Part shown: piece after piece, positions 8,427 through 14,492 of the stretch
Layout of the letters: every line of letters begins with the position of its first letter
Numbering within the stretch: the stretch's first letter is position 1
Assembly: GCF_003324675.1 (NCBI RefSeq)
Contig: NZ_CP030918.1
Span: forward strand, 2,160,001-2,192,000
Length of the DNA: 32,000 nt
From: Paracoccus suum
Lineage (GTDB): Bacteria; Pseudomonadota; Alphaproteobacteria; Rhodobacterales; Rhodobacteraceae
Direction of reading: 5' to 3'
Notes under the pieces: model-generated
The model's input: the letters and a program-made list of their open reading frames with translations, nothing else
What the model was told of the DNA's origin: nothing
Databases searched by the model: none
Translations under genes and position numbers: made by a program

Positions 8427-8763
8427 GGAACACCTGCAGGCAATCGGTACCATTGTCGGCGCGCTCGGGGCCGCTGTCCTCGCCGGGTTCGCGGCCGTGC
8501 GGCAAGCGATGAAGCCCGCCGCCCCGCCGCCTGAGCGACCGCCGACGGTGAACGAGACCAAGGCCGCGCTTGAGACGCTGCGCGACCGGATCGACCACGG
8601 CCACAGCATTGCCGAGGAAGACCGGCGAGACATGTCGCGGCAACTGGACCGGCTGGAACGCCTCATGCAGCGTGCCGACGACCGGCTGGAGCGCATCGAG
8701 GACCGGATGGTGTCCGACACGCGGCTGGGCACCGCCATCGCCCGGCTGGGTCGGCCAGAGTGA
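8419..8763 (+). CDS. N-terminal TM anchor + charged coiled-coil protein (i-spanin-like architecture)
   Basis: AIGTIVGALGAAVLAGFAAV is followed by a Pro-rich linker and the heptad-like segment ETLRDRIDHGHSIAEEDRRDMSRQLDRLERLMQRADDRLERIEDRM. It overlaps both neighbours (8419-8426 and 8760-8763). Confidence 0.5.
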   Translation: MDKEHLQAIGTIVGALGAAVLAGFAAVRQAMKPAAPPPERPPTVNETKAALETLRDRIDHGHSIAEEDRRDMSRQLDRLERLMQRADDRLERIEDRMVSDTRLGTAIARLGRPE

Positions 8764-8966
8764 CCCACTGGCGCATCTCGGCAGCGTTCGGGCTGCTGCT
8801 GACCGGGCGGCCGATTCCTATCTGCGCAATTGCCTACGCTGCCCCAAACTGCGCCGCACGGCGGGCCTTCATCCGCGCCACTGACTGGTGGTTCTGCGAG
8901 GACCAGCACGCCCGCCGCATCTGGCTGACGTGGCGCGTGGGCCGGGCGATCCGCGCCGCCGTCTAA
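8760..8966 (+). CDS. Small Cys-containing, Trp/Arg-rich protein (68 aa); an o-spanin role is only speculative
   Basis: GTG start overlaps the upstream stop (GTGA). Third-position G/C is high. N-terminal hydrophobic stretch ISAAFGLLLTG, but no canonical lipobox (…RPIPIC…). Confidence 0.4.
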   Translation: MTHWRISAAFGLLLTGRPIPICAIAYAAPNCAARRAFIRATDWWFCEDQHARRIWLTWRVGRAIRAAV

Positions 8967-8991
8967 GGCCCGTCTAACATCCGTCTAATGC
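8959..8991 (+). repeat. 3 x 11-bp tandem repeat CCGTCTAA(GGC/CAT/TGC)
   Basis: CCGTCTAA occurs at 8959, 8970 and 8981. The TAA triplets (8964, 8975, 8986) fall in all three reading frames, and the first is the stop codon of the 8760..8966 gene. Confidence 0.85.
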
Positions 8992-8992
8992 T

Positions 8993-9020
8993 GCCCGCCC
9001 TGACCGGCGGGCTTTTTCAT
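8993..9020 (+). terminator. GC hairpin + T5 + CAT junction element E3
   Basis: GCCCGCC(8993-8999) and GGCGGGC(9006-9012) with a 6-nt loop, TTTTT 9013-9017, then CATGTCTGGAGCC. 19 of 22 nt match E1 (GGGCTTTTTCATATTCGGAGCC). Confidence 0.6.
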
Positions 9021-9036
9021 GTCTGGAGCCATATCC

Positions 9037-9096
9037 ATGCGAGGCAATTTCGACGCGTGTCTGGCCGAAACCCTCAAGCATGAGGGCGGCTGGGCG
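9037..9096 (+). pseudogene. Orphan 5' fragment (~20 codons) of a GH108-type endolysin gene
   Basis: MRGNFDACLAETLKHEGGW parallels MRGNFEECLSEVLKHEGGY of the intact lysin at 9786. Homology ends at ~9096, after which the frame reads nonsense into the HNH gene region. Confidence 0.75.
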
Positions 9097-9115
9097 GAAA
9101 GGCGGGGTCTTTTTC

Positions 9116-9748
9116 CTATCTGGACAAGAGCCGCGCCGCAGCTTCGTCCGGCTCCATGCCCTTGTATCGCACATAGTTGTGGAGCGTTTTGTAGTTCACG
9201 CCCTTGAGGGCAGCGAAGTCCTTTAGGATCATCTTTTTGCCGTCGTGCTCTACCAGCACATTATCGGTCCTTGTTCTCGCCTGCTGCGAAGTGGTGGCCC
9301 ACCGGCAGTTATCCGGGCGATATCCGTCATCAGGGTTGATCCGATCAATAGACTTTCCGGGCGGGCACTCGCCCATGTCTCCAAGAAACGTCTCAAAGTC
9401 TCGACTCCACTCGGGGCACATTTGAATGCCGCGACCACCATAGATGGAAAACTTGGGATCGTTCGGGTTCTCGCAGCGAGACTTTGCGTGCCTGTAGCAC
9501 TTGAGGGTTCGGCTTTCCTTCCTGCCGACCTGATGCCCGTGCCGCAGTGACCGGGCGGCGATATCTTCTGCCTTTTTGCATCCGCAACTGCGCGTGTGTG
9601 AGTGCCTGACGTTCTCTAGGCGACACTCATAATCGTTCCCGCAGTCACATCGCCAAAGCCAAAACGTCTTTCCGCGAACGGGCGGAAGACGGCGAACCGC
9701 TACGAGCCGTCCATACCGCTCGCCGGTGATGTCGATAGCCGCAACCAT
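9116..9748 (-). CDS. HNH-type (HNH_3/AP2-like) homing endonuclease, free-standing
   Basis: ERYGRLVAV...WLWRCDCGN...SCGC N-terminal Cys cluster. YGGRGIQMCPEW..., then SIDRINPDDGYRPDNCRWATTSQQARTR, typical of phage HNH endonucleases. It is antisense to the surrounding lysis genes. Two 60-nt spot counts give ~50-53% G+C. Confidence 0.75.
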   Translation of the reverse strand: MVAAIDITGERYGRLVAVRRLPPVRGKTFWLWRCDCGNDYECRLENVRHSHTRSCGCKKAEDIAARSLRHGHQVGRKESRTLKCYRHAKSRCENPNDPKFSIYGGRGIQMCPEWSRDFETFLGDMGECPPGKSIDRINPDDGYRPDNCRWATTSQQARTRTDNVLVEHDGKKMILKDFAALKGVNYKTLHNYVRYKGMEPDEAAARLLSR

Positions 9749-9785
9749 TCCAACACCTCACTTCGTGACACAAGGACAGTCTACC

Positions 9786-10370
9786 ATGCGAGGAAACTTC
9801 GAGGAATGCCTTTCTGAGGTTCTCAAGCACGAGGGCGGATACGTCAACGATCCGCGCGACCCAGGCGGGGAAACCAACATGGGCATTTCCCGCCGAACTT
9901 ACCCCAACGAGAACATCAAGGGCATGACCCGCGCCCGCGCCGCTGTCCTTTACCGGCGCGACTTCTGGGACGCCGTGCAGGGCGACGCGCTGCCGCCCGG
10001 GCTGGATCTGGTGGCCTTCGACGGTGCAGTCAACAGCGGGCCCCGGCGGGGCGCGGAGTGGCTGCAAGCGGGAATCGGCGGGCTCGAGATCGACGGCAAG
10101 ATTGGCCAGCGCACTCTGATCGCCGCGACCGAGACCCCCGCTGTCGTCGCGATCGACCGTGCCTGCGACGCGCGTCTGGCCTTCCTGCGCCGGCTCGGCA
10201 CCTGGCCGCACTTCGGCGTGGGCTGGAGCCGCCGCGTTGCCGCCGTGCGCGCCCGCGCGCTCCAGATGGCCTCTCAGCGGCCTTTGCCGCGTCCCACGCC
10301 TGATCCCGCAGCGCAACCTGCCGCCCAGACCAGTTTCTGGGCGTGGCTGACCCGTATCTTCGGAGCATAA
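9786..10370 (+). CDS. Endolysin: GH108 N-acetylmuramidase domain + PG_binding_3 domain
   Basis: LKHEGGYVNDPRDPGGETNMGIS (GH108 EGGY...D.GG.T..GI motif). The C-terminal part FDGAVNSGPRRGAEWLQ...DGKIGQRTL is typical of PG_binding_3. I prefer the start at M21 of the tracked ORF. Confidence 0.85.
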   Translation: MRGNFEECLSEVLKHEGGYVNDPRDPGGETNMGISRRTYPNENIKGMTRARAAVLYRRDFWDAVQGDALPPGLDLVAFDGAVNSGPRRGAEWLQAGIGGLEIDGKIGQRTLIAATETPAVVAIDRACDARLAFLRRLGTWPHFGVGWSRRVAAVRARALQMASQRPLPRPTPDPAAQPAAQTSFWAWLTRIFGA

Positions 10371-10371
10371 C

Positions 10372-10803
10372 ATGACTCACCTGATCCTCGAATGGCTGCA
10401 GCCGGCCCTCACCCTCATTATCGAGGCCGGCGCGGCCGCTGTCCTCACTCTGCTGGCCCGCTATATCCCGCTGGTGGCGCGCCTCTACTCCGACCAGCGG
10501 AACCGAGACGCGCTGCACAAGGCGATCGACACCGGCGTCGACCGGGCGCTCGCCGCAGGCGAGCTTGCCGTTGGCACTGTGCCCGGCGTGGCGGCAATCG
10601 ACCTCGCGCTGTCCTATGTCGAGAAGTCGGTGCCCGGCGCGATCAAGCACTTCTTCAAGACGAACGCGGACGCGGCGCGGGACCAGATCACCCAGATGAT
10701 CGTGGCCAAGATGGGCGCGAAGGCAGCACCGATGCCGGTAGCCGTCGAGGCGGGCGATCCGCTCGCCGAGGCGTTGACCGAGGCGATGGCTATCAGAAAC
10801 TAA
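10372..10803 (+). CDS. Single N-terminal-TM phage membrane protein (holin-like or lysis accessory)
   Basis: The ATG lies 1 nt after the lysin TAA. LQPALTLIIEAGAAAVLTLLARYIPLV forms the TM segment, followed by a soluble Ala-rich domain. The role is inferred from its position immediately after the endolysin. Confidence 0.5.
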   Translation: MTHLILEWLQPALTLIIEAGAAAVLTLLARYIPLVARLYSDQRNRDALHKAIDTGVDRALAAGELAVGTVPGVAAIDLALSYVEKSVPGAIKHFFKTNADAARDQITQMIVAKMGAKAAPMPVAVEAGDPLAEALTEAMAIRN

Positions 10804-11036
10804 ACCGGCCGCTCTGGCGCGCCGGGCGGACGCATTCCGGGCACGGTCGTCTCGCGCATCACCGTCATGGAGATCGCCCCGCGCCGGTCGCACACGCTGC
10901 ACCGGGCGCGGGCAAGCCGCTCGTCTCGGGGCCGCCACGGGCCGGAGGGCAGTTCCACCTCACCCACATGACCGCACCCGCACTCGAATCGAATCCAGTG
11001 CCCTCCGGCGAGGGGCCGAGCGCTCAGGTCGTGCAT
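10800..11036 (-). CDS. Zinc-ribbon mini-protein (78 aa; CxC...CxxC)
   Basis: GAGGG RBS 4 nt upstream of the ATG. Cys pairs are FECGCGH and RCSVCDR. It is convergent with, and overlaps by 4 nt, the 10372..10803 gene. Confidence 0.5.
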   Translation of the reverse strand: MHDLSARPLAGGHWIRFECGCGHVGEVELPSGPWRPRDERLARARCSVCDRRGAISMTVMRETTVPGMRPPGAPERPV

Positions 11037-11079
11037 TTATCCCTCGATCGGCTCGGGGGCGGCGCGATCCAGGAGAACG

Positions 11080-11901
11080 TCAGGTGATATTCTCGGCAAC
11101 TGCTGCAACCAAGTCGCCGGCGTGAGCTTCGTCCATCACCACTGGCTGCAAGGGACTGGCGCGCAGAAACTCGACCATTTTACGGTACCGAGGCATGAGT
11201 GACTGAATCGAGGGTTTTCCCGTCACAAAGTAGGGGCGCACCTTGCCCTCACATTCTGCGATCCCCTGTAGACGCCCAGCCCACTTAGCGGCCTTATCCA
11301 TCATGCGCTCTTCATCAGCGGAGTCGAATGAAAGTGGCTGTATCACATGCCACACACCGTTCTGAATGGCGTGTTCAAACTCGATCGCCGCGAACTTAGA
11401 GCGCACTACATGAGGCTGCAAACGATCATGCAGCTCGGCGATTTCTAACTTTCGTCGAACGCTCTCGAAGACCATTTCATCAGTGCGAACCTCTCGCCCC
11501 GCCGCTTTGTCATATCGTCCGACAAACCGAGCATAAACCTTCTCCAAGGCGGCTTCAGGGTCATCGGCGACACCCGATCCCGTCATGCCCCATGACAGGC
11601 TGCTATCGTCAGGAATGAGTACCTTTCGGCCAATGTCGATCGCGCTGCCACTGGGCATCAACAGTCCTGAGGCGGCTGCGATTTTGTCGAAGCGTCGTTC
11701 CAAGGCCTTCACTGCGTCACGCAGCGCCCCGTGGTTCAGATCGGGGTAGGCGTTTGCGAGTCGCCCTTGACCTGTCCGGGCTTTGAGCTTCAGGAATCGC
11801 GCACCCTCACTGAGCAGCAGCACACCCGCGTTCAGCGCCTCGCCGACCCAGACGTCGTGGCGGTACTGTAAAACTGCGTAAGAGTAGGCATGCTTGGTCA
11901 T
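11080..11901 (-). CDS. DUF3037-domain protein with ~150-aa C-terminal extension
   Basis: The N-terminus YSYAVLQYRHDVWVGEALNAGVLLLSEG matches the DUF3037 signature (Y-x-hh-R/Q-Y-x-P/H-D-x-x-x-GE-x-hNhGVhL). The ATG overlaps the stop of the upstream kinase-like gene (ATGA at 11898-11901). Confidence 0.7.
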   Translation of the reverse strand: MTKHAYSYAVLQYRHDVWVGEALNAGVLLLSEGARFLKLKARTGQGRLANAYPDLNHGALRDAVKALERRFDKIAAASGLLMPSGSAIDIGRKVLIPDDSSLSWGMTGSGVADDPEAALEKVYARFVGRYDKAAGREVRTDEMVFESVRRKLEIAELHDRLQPHVVRSKFAAIEFEHAIQNGVWHVIQPLSFDSADEERMMDKAAKWAGRLQGIAECEGKVRPYFVTGKPSIQSLMPRYRKMVEFLRASPLQPVVMDEAHAGDLVAAVAENIT

Positions 11902-12431
11902 CGGTCGAAATTATGCTCTATGTTGGCGACGATTGCGTCCACGTTTGCCACTGCCTCCGCCGTATAGTGGGCAATCCGCGAAGCTGCTACCTTGTTCCAG
12001 CAGCCGGGAACATCATCAGCGATAAGGGCGAAGGTGTCGTCCGGCAAGGCCCTCCACAGTCCTGCCGCTGCCGCGAAGTTCACGTGGGTCTTGGGGCGCA
12101 GCTTTGGCCAGAGAGGGTGCATCTCGTACTCCCCCGCATGATTTTCAACACCTCCAAGGTGCCAGGGTATCTTATGATAGTCGCGTTCGACATCTGTCCC
12201 GGTCGCAGCAACAAAGGCTTCCCCGTGATCAATCATCAAGAACTGATCACCTTTGACGAGCAAGTTGGGGTTGGCTGCGCATCTGTCCCAATTCTGCACA
12301 ATTGTATCGAAAAGGTATATCGCCGCTGCCAGTTGCAGTTTGTCCCGCGCAACCGACATGGAGTCGCTCCACTCGAACCAGCCAGCGCCACCGCTGAGCG
12401 AGCCGAATAGAATTTGCGGCCCCTGCCTCAA
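11898..12431 (-). pseudogene. HipA-like (HipA_2-type) Ser/Thr kinase, C-lobe only; N-lobe missing (5'-truncated)
   Basis: Catalytic-loop-like IVQNWDRCAANPNLL and metal-binding LMIDHGEAF are present. Homology to full-length family members, from memory, begins at about the first codons. Only a TTG start is available, and the upstream frame (open to 12560) has no ATG/GTG and no N-lobe-like sequence. Confidence 0.6.
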
Positions 12432-12597
12432 CCGTCGCCAAACGCCGAGAGCGCTCGGTCGAGCTGTTCGATCTAATGCTTCAAAGGCATATTTGTCTCG
12501 TTGCTTCCGGCCGTGGATTCGCGCCGCGCGACCGACCGTAGACCGCCGCGGATCGTCCGACTAGAGGGGCTCCGGCTCCGCGGGCAGGGTTTCAAGG

Positions 12598-12672
12598 GTG
12601 ATACACTCTCTGGCGCAACCCATTGATTTATCAAGGCGCGCTTTTCCCGCGTGATACAGGGCAACCCATTGA
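12598..12672 (+). repeat. Direct repeat GTGATACA-(N2/N9)-GCAACCCATTGA x2
   Basis: Copy 1 at 12598-12626 (GTGATACACTCTCTGGCGCAACCCATTGA) and copy 2 at 12651-12672 (GTGATACAGGGCAACCCATTGA). They lie in the non-coding gap between the truncated kinase gene and the host BI-1 terminator. Confidence 0.7.
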
Positions 12673-12732
12673 GACTGCTGCTCTCTTGCAATCCTGCCGG
12701 GGTCGCCAGCCCGCGGATCAGAAGCGCAAATG

Positions 12733-12760
12733 AAAAGGCCGGGGAAAATCCCCGGCCTTC
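12733..12760 (-). terminator. Intrinsic terminator of the BI-1 family gene
   Basis: Minus strand reads GGCCGGGGA-TTTT-CCCCGGCC followed by TTTTCATTT. It lies ~25 nt downstream of the stop at 12785. Confidence 0.75.
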
Positions 12761-12784
12761 GTTCTGTGCGATTTAAGGTACGGA

Positions 12785-13537
12785 TCAGTTGCGCTGGCCC
12801 ATGAAGCTGAGCAGGAACTGGAACAGGTTCAGGAAGTCCAGGTACAACTGCAGCGCGCCCATGATGGCAGCCTTGCCGAGGAAATCGCTGTCGGTGTTCG
12901 CCAGCTCCAGGTAGGCGCGCTTGATGTTCTGCGTGTCGAACGCGGTCAGCGCGGCGAACAGCAGCACGCCAATTGCCGAGATCGCCATCTGCATCGCCGG
13001 CGAGCGCAGGAACAGGTTCACCACCATCGCGACGATCAGGCCGATCACACCCATCACGAGGAAGGTGCCAAAGCCCGACAGGTCACGCTTGGTCGTATAA
13101 CCGTAGAGTGACAGGCCGGCGAAGGCGATCGCTGTGACCAGGAAGGTCTGTACCACCGAATAGCCGGTGTAGATCAGCAGGATCGAGCTGAGCGATAGGC
13201 CCATCATCGCCGAAAAGGCGTAGAACATTGTCGTCGCGGCAGAGATCGACAGGCGATTCAGCGCAGCGCCGAATGCCATGACCATCGCCAGCGGGGCGAA
13301 GATGATGACCCACTTGAGGGGCGAGGCGTAGATAGCGCGACCGAAGTCGGTCAGCGTGCGACCCTGATCAGTATCGATGACTGCCAGCCCGTTGATCGCC
13401 CACGCGGCGAGTGCGGTGATGGCCATGCCCGTGGCCATCAGGCCATAGACCTTGTTCATATGGGCGCGCAGCCCCTCGTCGTAGACCGCCCCGCGCGTGC
13501 CCACCTGAGGCTGGCGGATCGTGTTGTATTCGGCCAT
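12785..13537 (-). CDS. Bax-inhibitor-1/YccA (BI-1) family inner-membrane protein
   Basis: MAEYNTIRQP...YDEGLRAHMNKVYGLMATGMAITALAAW followed by 7 hydrophobic segments, typical of the family. I prefer the ATG at 13537 (GGAGGG 9 nt upstream) over the tracked TTG at 13543. Confidence 0.9.
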   Translation of the reverse strand: MAEYNTIRQPQVGTRGAVYDEGLRAHMNKVYGLMATGMAITALAAWAINGLAVIDTDQGRTLTDFGRAIYASPLKWVIIFAPLAMVMAFGAALNRLSISAATTMFYAFSAMMGLSLSSILLIYTGYSVVQTFLVTAIAFAGLSLYGYTTKRDLSGFGTFLVMGVIGLIVAMVVNLFLRSPAMQMAISAIGVLLFAALTAFDTQNIKRAYLELANTDSDFLGKAAIMGALQLYLDFLNLFQFLLSFMGQRN

Positions 13538-13997
13538 GAGCAAATGCCCTCCGGATGTCCGTCATGGGTGTCACGGGGGCGGCCCTCTGGGCCGTCCGCT
13601 TGCGGACAATATCGGTGTAGCCGTCTGAAAATTCAACGCCGCCTGGCTGACAAACGCGTTGGCACCTCATCTTTTGCCCGGGCCGGCAGTTCTGCAGGCA
13701 TAGGTTGAAGGCGGGGTTCCGCCGGCCGGCGTTGTTAACACTTGTTAATCCCTATTCAGTCGGGCACCCCGCAAGGTGAGTTAACCTGTTCATGCCTTTC
13801 ACCGCTGGCTGATTCGCATGAATCTGGGGACCTTTTGGCGGCGCGAGGCATCCGTGGACGGCACCCGTCACGGTTGTTGACCTAATTTAATGTTAAGGAC
13901 CTGTATATTTCGGCAGGTTCACGCCAGTTCACTGTTTTTTTCCTCGCTGGCACACAGGACCAGCGCTACCCACCTCAGCAGCGGGTGAGGAAGTGAG

Positions 13998-14360
13998 ATG
14001 ACACACAACGTAGATGTTCATGTAGGTAAGCGCATCCGGCATCGCCGCTGGATGATCGACATGACGCAGCAGCAGTTGGCCGAGAAGGTCGGGATCAAGT
14101 TCCAGCAGATCCAGAAATACGAGACGGGTGCGAACCGCGTCTCGGCCTCCCGCCTTTGGGACATTGCCCACGCGCTGGAGGTTCCGGTGTCCTTCTGTTT
14201 CGAGGGCCTGGAAACCGGCGGCGTCCCGACCGGTCGGATCGAGGGTGATATCCTCGCCGACAAGGAAGCGCTGCAGCTGGTGCGTGCGTATTACGCGATG
14301 CCCGAGGCCCAGCGCCGCCAGATTTTCGAGCTGGCACGGGTCCTATCCGACGCCGCCTGA
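13998..14360 (+). CDS. XRE-family HTH transcriptional regulator (PraR/PhrR-like)
   Basis: HVGKRIRHRRWMIDMTQQQLAEKVGIKFQQIQKYETGANRVSASRLWDIAHALEVPVSFCFEG, the conserved alphaproteobacterial Cro/CI-type HTH. RBS is GAGGAAG. Confidence 0.85.
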   Translation: MTHNVDVHVGKRIRHRRWMIDMTQQQLAEKVGIKFQQIQKYETGANRVSASRLWDIAHALEVPVSFCFEGLETGGVPTGRIEGDILADKEALQLVRAYYAMPEAQRRQIFELARVLSDAA

Positions 14361-14382
14361 CACCGGGCGGCTCGGACAGAAA

Positions 14383-14415
14383 ACCCGGCCCCGCGAGGGG
14401 TCGGGTTTCTTTGTT
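14383..14415 (+). terminator. Intrinsic terminator after the XRE gene
   Basis: ACCCGGCCCC-GCGA-GGGGTCGGGT followed by TTCTTTGTT. Confidence 0.7.
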
Positions 14416-14492
14416 CGCGCCCTGGTCCTCTGGCCTGCGGCGCGCTTTGCGGTTAGACCGCCGGCGCGCGCAATCGGGATCGGGGGCCTGGC

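Noticed and set aside
9019-9207. The tracked 62-aa ORF taken as a genuine small gene.
   Set aside because: Only residues 7-25 resemble anything (the GH108 N-terminus). The rest reads through the antisense 3' end of the HNH gene. It is better explained as a lysin 5' stub.
10392-11087. A 231-aa plus-strand ORF overlapping the holin-like gene and the Zn-ribbon gene. Alternative-frame ORFs also occur at 8041..8253, 8147..8512 and 8570..8884.
   Set aside because: These are Arg/Gly/Pro-rich out-of-frame shadows of better-supported genes, with no RBS or motifs.
12432-12784. A tRNA or tRNA fragment as the integration target at the element/host junction.
   Set aside because: I found no acceptor stem, T-loop (GTTCGAATC-like) or CCA arrangement on either strand. 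GGATTCGCGCC at ~12515 is not flanked by complementary arms.
13620-13629. GCCGTCTGAA, identical to the Neisseria 10-bp DNA uptake sequence and similar to the CCGTCTAA repeat core at 8959-8991.
   Set aside because: It is a single copy in the wrong taxon for DUS function, and a 10-mer match is expected by chance at the genome scale. I would not link it to the 11-bp repeat array without genome-wide counts.
13735-13748. CtrA-box look-alike TTAACACTTGTTAA in the BI-1/XRE divergent intergenic region.
   Set aside because: The half-sites are separated by 6 nt, not the 7 nt of the TTAA-N7-TTAA consensus. There is a single occurrence with no supporting second site.
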